Shown here piece after piece: positions 29,124 to 38,205 of a DNA stretch of 64,000 nucleotides (within the stretch, counting starts at the first letter, position 1; each line of letters begins with the position of its first letter). The stretch is from an uncultured Phycisphaerales bacterium (GTDB lineage: Bacteria; Planctomycetota; B15-G4): the NCBI GenBank assembly GCA_964490005.1, contig CAZBBB010000001.1:19558-83557 (forward strand), read 5' to 3'. A program made the position numbers and the translations under genes. The notes beneath the pieces were generated by a model, which was given only the letters and a program-made list of their open reading frames with translations, did no database searches and was not told the origin of the DNA.

Positions 29124-30043
29124 GATCCGGCTCCCAGCAGGCGCTTGATCACGTCGGCCCAGCCGGGACCGGCGGCCTCAGTCGCCACGTGCATCGTGGC
29201 CAGGATCGTCCCGCCCAGCAGCAGCACGATGCCGATGATCTTGGTGATGTCGCCGGCGCGAATCGTGCCCATCAGGTTCGGCTCGCGGGTGAGGTAGGCC
29301 GTGACCGCGAAGTACTCCTCGCCCATGATCGTGTAGTCGCAGGCCGCGACGAAGAACGGCAGCTGGTGCTGCTTGGCCGTGCCCGCCACCTGGATCGCCC
29401 CGCTCATGAACCCGGTCTCGGCCAGGATCAGCGATTCGGCGAAGAACATGCCGAGCATGATGTTCGCGGCGGGCTTCTCGCGCGCCATGATCCCGGCGAC
29501 GCCGGCGCAGTAGGCGAACTGCTCGTTGCTCAGATAGCGGATGTTGTCGGGCACGAAGGCCTCGGGGCGCCCGGCGTCGAGGCAGCCGCCCCGCACGGCC
29601 TCTTCGGCGAAGGCCATGACGATGGAGTCCTTGACGGGCACGATCAGGTCGGTGCCGTACTCGGCCGTCTTGCGCGCGACGTGCCTCAGGATCATCATCG
29701 AGTAGATCGTCTGGATCTCCTTGATCTCGTCGATGCCCGGCACGTAGAGCACCGGACGGCCCATCTCGGTCGCGCGCCCGATGGCCTCGTCCATCGCGTC
29801 GAGGCCCGCGATGCGCCGGATCTCGAAAGGCCGGCCCTGCCGTGCGCGCCGGGCGTACAGGAACATGAGCGTGCCGAACAGCAGCACGACGCACAGCGTG
29901 GGCAGCTTGCTCGGCTCGATCCACGCGCCGAGGCCCTCGCGCACGCCGTCGGCCCCGACGCTTCCGGCGGCCTCGTCCAGCCACAGCCACGCCCGCTCGG
30001 CCGCAGTCCCGTCGGCCGAGGCTTGGAGCGCGGCGAGCATCAC
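29120..30043 (-). CDS. DUF6754-like membrane protein
   Basis: IRRIAGLDAMDEAIGRATEMGRPVLY, QFAY, FFAESLILAETG and PFFVAACDYTIMGEEYFAVTAYL. I recall this pattern as DUF6754 (not searched). Confidence 0.75.
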   Translation of the reverse strand: MMLAALQASADGTAAERAWLWLDEAAGSVGADGVREGLGAWIEPSKLPTLCVVLLFGTLMFLYARRARQGRPFEIRRIAGLDAMDEAIGRATEMGRPVLYVPGIDEIKEIQTIYSMMILRHVARKTAEYGTDLIVPVKDSIVMAFAEEAVRGGCLDAGRPEAFVPDNIRYLSNEQFAYCAGVAGIMAREKPAANIMLGMFFAESLILAETGFMSGAIQVAGTAKQHQLPFFVAACDYTIMGEEYFAVTAYLTREPNLMGTIRAGDITKIIGIVLLLGGTILATMHVATEAAGPGWADVIKRLLGAGS

Positions 30044-31167
30044 AGGCGTTCGTCCACGAGTTCGACGTTGGCACGCGGAAGCGTGACCTGGCGCCCGTCC
30101 TCAGCCAGGGCGACCGTGAGGATACGGACCAAGGCCTCAGTGTCCAGCGCGCGCGGTTCGTGGGGGAGTTCGACCACGCGCGCGAGGGCGCCGAAGTGCG
30201 GGTCGCGGATGATCCGCACCTGGCTGCCGACGCTCATCATGCCCGTGTCGACGACGGTCGTCTCGGCCGCGGCCACGTCCCCGGGGACGAGGATCTCGGG
30301 GCGCATCACGCCGGCGCGGATCTGCGTGGCGCCGCTCACCGACGCGACCTTTCCGGCCTGCGCCGCCAGCAGCCGGTGCGTGCGCGCCGACATCGCCAAC
30401 GCGCCGAATCCCTCGGTCACGACGACCGTCAGGCCGAAGTCCTCGTTGCCGGTGATGGCCACGCCGAGGTCGAAGCCCAGAAGTTCCTTCAAGTCGGCGG
30501 CGTCGATGCCGCCGACGACGAGCGCCGCCGCGCCGACCTCGATCGCGCGGCGCAGCGCCGGCAGCCGCGCGATCGAGCCGCCGACGACGACCGCGCCGCG
30601 GTGCTCGGCACGCAGGTCGGCCGGCTCGACGGGGCGCCCCGGCTCGCCCGGAAGGAGCACGACGGGGCCGGACGTCTCCGGGCCGACGCCGAAGATGCCC
30701 TGGACCATCGTGCCGCGCGCCCGCACGTCGGCGCCGAATCCGGGCGTCGTGCCGACGATCTCGCCGGCGACGTAGGCGCGCACGTCGACCGGGATCGGCG
30801 TCTCGCGGAAGATCGCCTGGCCGGAGACCTTCGACACCGACTCCAGCACGCCGTCCGTCGGCGCGACCGCGGTCTGCTTCATGAGCCCGAAGATGCCCTT
30901 GCTGCGCGCCACGGGCTGGTCCTTCTTCACCGCCTCGCCCTCCTTCACGAGCAGCAGTTCGCCGAGGTCGGCCGCGGCCACGCCCAGCAGCCGCGACAGG
31001 TGCGCGGTGACGACGTTGCCCGGCATGAGCGCGCGAGCCACGACCGTCTGGGGCTCGACGCGCTCTCCCTGTCGCACGAGCACGTCGCCCGGGATCGGCA
31101 GGATGCGCGAGCGCGTCCACTCGGCCGCGGCCGACACCTTCAGTCCGGGCGTGTAGGCATGACCCAT
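30040..31167 (-). CDS. Uncharacterised soluble protein with barrel-sandwich-hybrid, swivel-like and KOW-like segments
   Basis: ATG 31167 MGHAYTPGLKV; two V..GExV...xVAR half-barrel motifs plus APTDG; GAVVVGG...AIEVGAAALVVGGI; C-terminal VGSQVRIIRDPHFG...LPRANVELV. Confidence 0.75.
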   Translation of the reverse strand: MGHAYTPGLKVSAAAEWTRSRILPIPGDVLVRQGERVEPQTVVARALMPGNVVTAHLSRLLGVAAADLGELLLVKEGEAVKKDQPVARSKGIFGLMKQTAVAPTDGVLESVSKVSGQAIFRETPIPVDVRAYVAGEIVGTTPGFGADVRARGTMVQGIFGVGPETSGPVVLLPGEPGRPVEPADLRAEHRGAVVVGGSIARLPALRRAIEVGAAALVVGGIDAADLKELLGFDLGVAITGNEDFGLTVVVTEGFGALAMSARTHRLLAAQAGKVASVSGATQIRAGVMRPEILVPGDVAAAETTVVDTGMMSVGSQVRIIRDPHFGALARVVELPHEPRALDTEALVRILTVALAEDGRQVTLPRANVELVDERL

Positions 31168-31180
31168 GGCGAAACGGTCC

Positions 31181-32998
31181 TCAGCGAGCGGCGGGGGCGG
31201 CGGGATACAGGTCGAGCGCGGCGTTCCAGGCCTCGATGGCGGCAACGCGCTCGGCGGCCGTCGACGGCACTTCGATGGGGCGGCCGCGACCGTCGAGGAT
31301 CAAGCCGACCTCCCCGCCCTCCAACTCGGTCTCGAGCGCGACGCCCGGCCCGGCGCCGACGTCGACGCCGCGCGAGGGCTCGATGCGGCAGCGCGCCTTG
31401 AGGCCCGGACCGAGCGGCAGGCGCTGCAGCGCGCCGCGCTGCAGTTCGATCTGGCGCGTTCCGTCCGGCAGTTCGAGGCGCAGCTGCGCGAGCGGCGCAC
31501 CGCCGCGCGGGGAGCCGACGGGGGCCAGGCAGGTGCCGAGCGGCACGAGGCAGTCACGATCGAAGACCTCGGTCGCGGCGGCCTTGTGCACCGTCGCCAG
31601 CACTCCGAGTTGCGGCATCATGAAGATGCTGTCGACGGCCAGGCGCGTCACCCCCGCCGGCTCGAAGGAGTCGATGAGCATCAGCGCCGCCTGCACGCGC
31701 CGCGGCGCGTGGCTGAGCACGCCGCCGCTCCCGACGAGCAGGTCGAGCGCCATCATGTCGACGAGCGAGCCGCCCGAACCCTTCTGCTCGAAGGCTTCCG
31801 AGATGTCGCGCGCCCGCTGACGCCCCTTGAGCTCCGTGGCGAAGTCGCGGTGCTGCACGAGCGACAGGCGCAGCGCTTCGCGCGCGATGGCCTGTTCGAC
31901 CTGCAGGTCGCGCAGCAGCGAGGGGATCGTCGTCGGCCGCACCATCTTGTTCTTCACGCGGTTGCGCAGTTCGCCTTCGTCGATGTCGAAGGGCACCCAG
32001 CGCAGCACGTTCTCCAGACCGGTCGAGGCGAGCACGTTGCTGATCGAGTAGGACATGCCCAGGTTGGCCGAGACCGTGCGGTTGAACGTGCCGCGGAAGA
32101 CCGAGAACACGTCGGTCGTGGCGCCGCCGATGTCCACGCCCAGCACGGACAAGCCGCGTTCGGCCGCGATCGTCGAGATGATCAGCCCCACCGCGCCGGG
32201 CGTCGGCATCACGGGCGCCGAGGTCCACGAGCGCAGCTTGTCGTAGCCCGGCGCCTGGGCCATGACGTGCTCCATGAACAGGTCGTGGATCGTGTCGCGC
32301 GCGGGCCCGAGGTTCTCCTCGTCGAGCGTGGGGCGCAGGTTGTCGACCAGCGACAGCGCGGTCTTCTCGCCGAGCGTGTCGGCGACGGCGCCGCGGGCCT
32401 CCCGGTTTCCGGCATACACGACCGGCAGGCGGTAGTCGGCGCCCAGCCGGGGCTTGGGATCGGCGGCCCGCACGAGTTCGGCCAACTCCGCCACGTGACT
32501 GGTCGTGCCGCCGTCGATGCCCCCCGAGAGCAGGATCATGTCGGGTCGCAGGTGCCGGATGCGGCTGATCTGCTCGTGCGGCTTGCGCTTGTCGTTGCTG
32601 CACAGCACGTCCATGACGATCGCGCCGGCTCCGAGCGCGGCCCGCTCGGCGGACTCCGCCGTCATCGAGCGGACCACGCCCGCGACCAGCATCTGCAGGC
32701 CGCCGCCGGCGCTGCTCGTGGAGAGGTACAGGTCGACGCCTTCCTCACCCCGACGGGGGAGGATGATGCGGCCCTCGTCGTCGATGAGCCGCCGCCCCGC
32801 CAGCTCGGCGACTTCGGTCACGGCGTTGAGCACGCCGACGGTGACGTCGTCGAAGGGCGCCTCGACGGTCGTCGGCGCCTCGCCGCGCACCGCCAGCCGG
32901 AACCCCTCGGGCGTGCGCTCGATCAAGATCGCCTTGGTCGTCGTGCTGCCGCAGTCGGTGGCGAGGATCGAACGCACCGAGGCCAGATCGTCCGTCAC
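31181..32998 (-). CDS. glmL: GlmL/MutL-like (glutamate mutase L family) ASKHA actin-fold ATPase
   Basis: LATDCGSTTTKA (phosphate 1), TSSAGGGL, DIGGATTDVFS (phosphate 2), RTVSANLGMSYS and GSGGVLSHAP. AAGGAG RBS before GTG 32998. Confidence 0.85.
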   Translation of the reverse strand: MTDDLASVRSILATDCGSTTTKAILIERTPEGFRLAVRGEAPTTVEAPFDDVTVGVLNAVTEVAELAGRRLIDDEGRIILPRRGEEGVDLYLSTSSAGGGLQMLVAGVVRSMTAESAERAALGAGAIVMDVLCSNDKRKPHEQISRIRHLRPDMILLSGGIDGGTTSHVAELAELVRAADPKPRLGADYRLPVVYAGNREARGAVADTLGEKTALSLVDNLRPTLDEENLGPARDTIHDLFMEHVMAQAPGYDKLRSWTSAPVMPTPGAVGLIISTIAAERGLSVLGVDIGGATTDVFSVFRGTFNRTVSANLGMSYSISNVLASTGLENVLRWVPFDIDEGELRNRVKNKMVRPTTIPSLLRDLQVEQAIAREALRLSLVQHRDFATELKGRQRARDISEAFEQKGSGGSLVDMMALDLLVGSGGVLSHAPRRVQAALMLIDSFEPAGVTRLAVDSIFMMPQLGVLATVHKAAATEVFDRDCLVPLGTCLAPVGSPRGGAPLAQLRLELPDGTRQIELQRGALQRLPLGPGLKARCRIEPSRGVDVGAGPGVALETELEGGEVGLILDGRGRPIEVPSTAAERVAAIEAWNAALDLYPAAPAAR

Positions 32999-32999
32999 G

Positions 33000-33299
33000 T
33001 CAGTGCTCCTTGCGGGGGCCGGAGGCCGAGCGGTGGGCGTGCTCGGCCTCGTCGATGGCGCGGATCAGCTCGGGGATGGCCTCCCGCCGTTCGAGCAGCC
33101 TCGCCACGTCGTCGATGCGCGAGGCCGGCAGGCAGGCGCGCCACAGCGGCGACATGACGTGCAGCATCGAGCTGGTGACCACGTTCATGGGCGTGATCGT
33201 CTCGAGGAACATCATCGCCGGCGCCGCCATGCGCCGCGCGACGACGGCCTGCGCCGTGCTCGCGATCAGCTCGCGTTCCGTCGCGGCCAGCTCGCTCAC
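33000..33299 (-). CDS. Conserved small helical hypothetical protein (99 aa)
   Basis: GTG 33299 (GTGA overlap): MSELAATERELIASTAQAVVARRMAAPAMMFLETITPMN...; ends 1 nt before glmL and carries the glmL RBS. Confidence 0.7.
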   Translation of the reverse strand: MSELAATERELIASTAQAVVARRMAAPAMMFLETITPMNVVTSSMLHVMSPLWRACLPASRIDDVARLLERREAIPELIRAIDEAEHAHRSASGPRKEH

Positions 33300-33763
33300 G
33301 GCGCGCTCCGCCGCGCGAGCGCGAAGCGAGCGACGTCCTCGAGGTTGCCGTCGGTGCGCAGGAAGATCCCGCGATCGGGCAGCAGCCGGGGCGTCGCGTG
33401 CAGCGGCGACAGGTGCACGCCGTGGCGCTCGCGGCGCACGCTGCGCACCTCGCTCCAGGCCAGCTGCCGCGCCCCCTGCAGCGGCCCGGCCTCGCGCGCC
33501 CCGCGCGCGTCGAGCACGTAGGTGCGCGGCAGGAAGAACGGCCGCAGGGCCAGGCCCAGGGCGGCGATCGTCGCGAGCGCGAGCGCGGCCGAACCGGAGA
33601 CGCCGAAGGCGAACAGGCCGGCCGCGCCGACGATCACGACCACGCCGGCCGCCCGGCCCGGCTCGCGCGCGGCCGGATGGACCGTCCAGCGCAGCGTGGG
33701 CGCATCCGCGTCGGGGGCGGCGCTCGTCGGCATGTCGGTCCTGTCCTCCGGGTCGCGGGCCAC
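33296..33763 (-). CDS. Hypothetical two-TM membrane protein with a PH-like C-terminal domain
   Basis: LRWTVHPA, two TM helices, FFLPRTYVLD...QLAWSEVRSV. GTG 33763 lies 10 nt after TATCCT (alternative ATG 33733). Confidence 0.7.
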   Translation of the reverse strand: MARDPEDRTDMPTSAAPDADAPTLRWTVHPAAREPGRAAGVVVIVGAAGLFAFGVSGSAALALATIAALGLALRPFFLPRTYVLDARGAREAGPLQGARQLAWSEVRSVRRERHGVHLSPLHATPRLLPDRGIFLRTDGNLEDVARFALARRSAP

Positions 33764-33773
33764 GAAGGGGCAC

Positions 33774-33779
33774 AGGATA
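33774..33779 (-). promoter_or_regulatory. Putative -10 element TATCCT for the glmL operon
   Basis: 10 nt before GTG 33763, in the divergent gap; the opposite strand has TTGCAA-N18-GATCAT before the GT2 gene. Confidence 0.5.
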
Positions 33780-33857
33780 ACGGGGCCGTCGCGCGCGGGC
33801 CACGAGGCAGGCCGCGGCTTGCAACCCCGCTGCGCGTTGCCGGATCATGCCTGCCGC

Positions 33858-34700
33858 GTGTCGCTCTCGGTCTGCATCATCACGCTCGACGAAGAAAGCG
33901 ACCTCCCGCGCTGCCTCGCCAGCGTCGCGGGCCTCGCCGACCAGATCGTGGTCGTGGACTCGTTCTCCCGGGACGGCACCGTGGCCCTCGCCCGCGCGGC
34001 CGGGGCCGAGGTCCACGAGCGCGCCTTCCAGGGGCACGTGCGGCAAAAGCAGTACGCCCTGGAACTCGCGCGCCACGAGTGGGTGCTGTGCCTGGACGCC
34101 GACGAGTGGCTGGACGACCGCCTCGCGGCGGCCGTCGCCGAACTGAAGGCCCGGCCGCCCGACGCGCAACTCGCCGGCTTCCGGGTCAATCGACGCACGG
34201 AGTATCTCGGCGCGTGGATCGATCACTGCGGCTGGTCGCCCGAGTGGCGACTGCGGCTGGTGCGCCGCGGCCGCGCCCGCTGGGCCGGGAGCGACCCGCA
34301 CGACCGGCTGGAGGTCGATGGCCGCATCGCGGACCTGCCGGGGCGTCTGTGCCATCGGCCCTACGACGGCCTCGGCGAGCACGTGGCCAAGATCAACCGC
34401 TACACCGACACGATGGCCGCGCTGCGGCGCGCGGCCGGCCGGCGCGCCTCGCTGGTCGACCTGCTGCTGCGCCCGCCGGCCCGCTTCCTGCGGATGTACG
34501 TGCTGCGCGCGGGCGTGCTCGACGGCTGGCGCGGGCTGCTGGTCTCGACGCTGGGCGCCTTCTACGTGTTCCTCAAGTACGCCAAGCTGCGCGCGCTCTG
34601 GCACGACGCCCCGCCGCCCGACTCAGGGGGCGGGCAGCACGAAGACCGTGGCGCCGAGGCCGAGGAGCGTCAGCAGTCCGCCGAGCAGGGCCCGCCCTGA
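33858..34700 (+). CDS. Glycosyltransferase family 2
   Basis: GTG 33858: LSVCIITLDEE, IVVVDSFSRDGT, QKQYALE, WVLCLDADE, RLVRR and KINRYT. Confidence 0.92.
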   Translation: MSLSVCIITLDEESDLPRCLASVAGLADQIVVVDSFSRDGTVALARAAGAEVHERAFQGHVRQKQYALELARHEWVLCLDADEWLDDRLAAAVAELKARPPDAQLAGFRVNRRTEYLGAWIDHCGWSPEWRLRLVRRGRARWAGSDPHDRLEVDGRIADLPGRLCHRPYDGLGEHVAKINRYTDTMAALRRAAGRRASLVDLLLRPPARFLRMYVLRAGVLDGWRGLLVSTLGAFYVFLKYAKLRALWHDAPPPDSGGGQHEDRGAEAEERQQSAEQGPP

Positions 34701-35978
34701 GGCGCCCGCCGGGAGCAGGTCGCGCCGGCCGAGCGTCGCCAGCGCGAAGCCGGCGAGCGGCGCGAGGTAGGCCAGCAGGCCGTGGCGGTAGCGCGCCGCC
34801 GACACGGTGAGGGCGAGGGTCACGACGAGCGCCACGCTCATGACCACGGCGACGCGCGCGAGCGTGTCCCGCGGCAGCGCGCAGACGGCGGCCGCCGCGA
34901 GCGCGAAGAGCACGAGCGTGCCGATCCCGCAGAGCAGCTGCACCAGACGCCCCCAGCCCGCCGGCAGCACCCATGCGTCGCGGAACAGCTCGAAGTTGTT
35001 CGTCGTCGTCGGCCGGTAGCCGTCGAAGGGGATCGCGAAGTAGCACGGCAGCATGACTTCGGGCCCGAGCGCGATCCGCGTGCGGATGAGCGCCCGTCGC
35101 GCCGTGACCCGCGGATACTCGAACAGCGCCCGGCGGAAGACCTCGTGGCCCAGGGCCACGCGCGACGCGACGTCCGGCTGCTTGAGCCACTGGCGCTGGC
35201 CGTCCTGCCCGAGCGGGACGTTGTCGGCCATGAGCGCGTACTCGCCGAAGGTTCCCGACAGGATCGGGACGCCGTGCACGCGCTGGTTGTGCAGCGCCCA
35301 CGGCAGCGTGACGAGCAGGGCGACGCCGCCGACGAGCCCGGCCAGCAGCGCGCGGCGTCCGAGCGCGACGCCCGAGCGCAGCAGCAGCGCCAAGGCCACC
35401 GCCGCCGTCGCGGGCAGCAGCGTCTCCTTCGTCAGGATGCCTGCGCCCAGCACGAGGCCGAGGACCAGCGCCGCCGGCAGCGCGCCGCCGCCGCCGCGCT
35501 CCAGCCGCGCATCGAGGCGATCGAGCGCCCACAGCGCCGCCGCGGCGGCCAGCGCGGCCGGCGCCTCCGCCATGGCGACGACGGCCGAGTACAGCACGGC
35601 CTGCGGATAGAGCGCGTAGATCCAGCCCGTGGCGGCCGCGGCGCGGGCGCCCCAGCGCCGGCGCGCGACGGCCATGAGCAGCGCGCAGGCGGCGAGGTCC
35701 ATCGCGATGTGGATCAGGAACACGCCGGGGTAGGCCTGCGCGGGTTCCACCGAGGTGTCGAAGCCGGGCGCGATCAGGATGCGGTGCAGCGGCGGCCGCA
35801 CGCCCGCCGCGAGCCACGAGAAGTTGCCGGTCGCGCGGTATTCGCGCCCGAGGTACAGATAGCCGTTGGCGTCGCCGGCCTGCGGCACCTCGGCGGCGAG
35901 CGGCAGGCAGGCCAGACGCACCGCCAGGGCCGCGAGCAGCGGTCCGAGCAGCGCGGCGCGCCCGGCGAGCCTGCTCAC
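34623..35978 (-). CDS. ArnT/PMT-like (GT-C fold) polytopic glycosyltransferase
   Basis: GTG 35978 (GTGA overlap with ygiQ); [40 protein letters not shown] and RYRHG. Confidence 0.75.
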   Translation of the reverse strand: MSRLAGRAALLGPLLAALAVRLACLPLAAEVPQAGDANGYLYLGREYRATGNFSWLAAGVRPPLHRILIAPGFDTSVEPAQAYPGVFLIHIAMDLAACALLMAVARRRWGARAAAATGWIYALYPQAVLYSAVVAMAEAPAALAAAAALWALDRLDARLERGGGGALPAALVLGLVLGAGILTKETLLPATAAVALALLLRSGVALGRRALLAGLVGGVALLVTLPWALHNQRVHGVPILSGTFGEYALMADNVPLGQDGQRQWLKQPDVASRVALGHEVFRRALFEYPRVTARRALIRTRIALGPEVMLPCYFAIPFDGYRPTTTNNFELFRDAWVLPAGWGRLVQLLCGIGTLVLFALAAAAVCALPRDTLARVAVVMSVALVVTLALTVSAARYRHGLLAYLAPLAGFALATLGRRDLLPAGASGRALLGGLLTLLGLGATVFVLPAP

Positions 35979-37996
35979 GGGGCCGGCGGCCGGCGCGGCG
36001 GTCGACGGCCCGCCTTGCCGCCCGGTCGAGGCCCCTGGCCCTTGCGGCGCGGATCGAGCAGCCCCTTCTCGTGCACGTAGCGGCCCAGTTCGTCGCCACG
36101 CCGGCGCGCGCGGGAGGCGAGCGCCGCCGCGGGCGGTTCGCCCGGGATCAGGCACTGCGGTCCGTCGCCGATGAGGTCGGCGCGGCCCGCCTCGCGCAGC
36201 GCCCGGTCGACCTCGAACCAGTTCTCGGGCTTGAAGAACTGCATCAGCGCACGCTGCATCCGGCGCTCACCGAGCTTGCGCTGCACCGGCAGGGGCTGCA
36301 GCGTGTGGGGGTCGAGGCCCGTGTACCAGGCCGAGGTGGCGAGATCCATCGGGGCGGGGATGAAGTCCTGCACCTGGCGCGGCCGGTAGCCGGCCTGCTT
36401 GAGGAACAGCGCCAGTTCGATCATGTCGTGCAGGTCGCAGCCCGGGTGCCCGGCGATGAAGTAGGGCACGAGGTACTGCTCCTTGCCGGCTTGCCGGCTG
36501 GCGCGCTCGAAGCCTTCGGCGAATTCCTCGAAGCTCGCCTGGGGCGGCTTCTTCATCGCCTGCAGCACGCGCTCGCTGACGTGCTCGGGCGCCACCTTGA
36601 GATGCCCGCCGACATGGTGTTCGGCCAGTTCGCGCAGGTACTCCGGCGAGCGCGCGGCGAGATCCATGCGCACTCCGGAGGCGATGAAGACGCGCTTGAC
36701 GCCCGGCCGTTCGCGCGCGCCGCGCATCAGGTCGATGAGCGGCCCATGGTCGGTGCCGAGGTGCCGGCACACCGACGGGAAGATGCACGAAAGCCGTCGG
36801 CAGCGCGCCTCGGTCTGCGGCGAGCGGCAGCGCATCGCGTACATGTTGGCCGTCGGGCCGCCCAGATCGCTCACGTGCCCCTTGAACTCCGGGTCGGCCG
36901 CGAGCGCGTCGACCTCGGCGAGCACCGAGGTCTTGCTGCGCGACTGGATCACGCGCCCCTGGTGCGTCGTGATCGAGCAGAACGAGCAGCCCGCGAAGCA
37001 GCCTCGCAGGATCGTCACGCTGTCGCGGATCATCTCCTCGGCGGGCACCGCCTCGCGGTAGGAGGGATGGCGCCGGCGCGTGAACGGGCGGTCGTAGAGC
37101 GCGTCCATCTCGGCCTCGTCGAGCGGCATCGCGGGCGGGTTCTGCACGACGAGCCGGTCGCCGTGGGCCTGCACGAGCCGGCGCGCGTTGAAGGGGTTGC
37201 TCTCGCGGTGGATCAGCCGCGTGGCGATCGAGAAGGCGACGACGTCGTCGCGCGTCTCCTCGAAGGACGGCAGCCGCACGGTCGCCGCATCGGGCCCGTC
37301 CTCGGCGCTCGCGTCGGGATCGGGCGTGCCCGCGGCGCACATGCTCCGCGCGAAGGGCGGCAGCGGCTCCGAGCGTCCCAGCAGGTAGCTCGTGCCGCGG
37401 ATGTCGCGCAGCGCCTGCAGCCGCTCGCCCCGATCGAGGCGCCGCGCGATCTCGACGACGGCGCGCTCGCCCATGCCGAACACCAGCAGGTCGGCCTTGC
37501 TCGAGACGAGCATCGAGGGACGCACGGTCTCCGACCAGTAGTCGTAGTGGGCCAGCCGGCGCAGGCTGGCCTCGACGCCGCCGGCGACGACGGGCACTCC
37601 CGGGGCCGCCTCGCGGCAGCGCTGCGCGTAGACGTTCGTGGCGCGGTCGGGCCGCGCCCCGGCGCGACCGCCGGGCGTGTAGGCGTCGTCGCTCCGCGGC
37701 AGGCGGCTCGCGGTGTAGTGGTTGATCATGCTGTCCATGTTCCCGGCCGAGATGCCCCAGAACAGGCGGGGCACGCCGAGCGCCAGGAAGGGCTGCACCG
37801 AGCGCCAGTCGGGCTGCGCCAGGATCGCCACCTTGAATCCCTGCGCTTCGAGCGTGCGCCCGACGAGCGCGGCGGCGAAGGACGGATGGTCGACGTAAGC
37901 GTCGCCCGAGACGAGCACGACGTCGGGACGATCCCAGCCGCGGGCCGCGATCTCGGCCCGCGTCATCGGCAGCGGCGTGGCGGGCGGGCGGCTCAT
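35975..37996 (-). CDS. ygiQ: YgiQ-family radical SAM protein
   Basis: ATG 37996; [34 protein letters not shown] (CxxxCxxC), [18 protein letters not shown] and PYFIAGHPG. Confidence 0.93.
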   Translation of the reverse strand: MSRPPATPLPMTRAEIAARGWDRPDVVLVSGDAYVDHPSFAAALVGRTLEAQGFKVAILAQPDWRSVQPFLALGVPRLFWGISAGNMDSMINHYTASRLPRSDDAYTPGGRAGARPDRATNVYAQRCREAAPGVPVVAGGVEASLRRLAHYDYWSETVRPSMLVSSKADLLVFGMGERAVVEIARRLDRGERLQALRDIRGTSYLLGRSEPLPPFARSMCAAGTPDPDASAEDGPDAATVRLPSFEETRDDVVAFSIATRLIHRESNPFNARRLVQAHGDRLVVQNPPAMPLDEAEMDALYDRPFTRRRHPSYREAVPAEEMIRDSVTILRGCFAGCSFCSITTHQGRVIQSRSKTSVLAEVDALAADPEFKGHVSDLGGPTANMYAMRCRSPQTEARCRRLSCIFPSVCRHLGTDHGPLIDLMRGARERPGVKRVFIASGVRMDLAARSPEYLRELAEHHVGGHLKVAPEHVSERVLQAMKKPPQASFEEFAEGFERASRQAGKEQYLVPYFIAGHPGCDLHDMIELALFLKQAGYRPRQVQDFIPAPMDLATSAWYTGLDPHTLQPLPVQRKLGERRMQRALMQFFKPENWFEVDRALREAGRADLIGDGPQCLIPGEPPAAALASRARRRGDELGRYVHEKGLLDPRRKGQGPRPGGKAGRRPPRRPPAP

Positions 37997-38031
37997 CGCG
38001 AGCGCCCCGTCCGAGCGGGCCGGAGGTCCGC

Positions 38032-38166
38032 TCAGCGGCGGCCCAGGACGCGTCCCCGGCTGCGGCGGCGACGGATCACGTTGCGGCCGTTGGCGGTCTT
38101 CATGCGCGTCCGGAAGCCGGTCTTGCGGCCACGCTTGGTGTTGCTCTTGCGCACCTTGACGTGCAT
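38032..38166 (-). CDS. rpmH: 50S ribosomal protein bL34 (44 aa, not in the ORF track)
   Basis: Manual translation [44 protein letters not shown] matches the GFRxRMxTxxGRxVxxRRRxxGR core. Confidence 0.88.
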   Translation of the reverse strand: MHVKVRKSNTKRGRKTGFRTRMKTANGRNVIRRRRSRGRVLGRR

Positions 38167-38205
38167 GGGGAACTCGATTCCGGGGGCGGGGGGCGATCGG
38201 GCATT

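Noticed and set aside
30860-30960. Biotin carboxyl carrier protein / Na+-pumping decarboxylase interpretation
   Set aside because: There is no EAMKM motif, no carboxyltransferase gene and no OadB-like membrane subunit.
26696-33763. Calling this a glutamate/methylaspartate mutase (B12) operon
   Set aside because: No B12-binding DxHxxG subunit, mutase large subunit or methylaspartate ammonia-lyase is present in the window.
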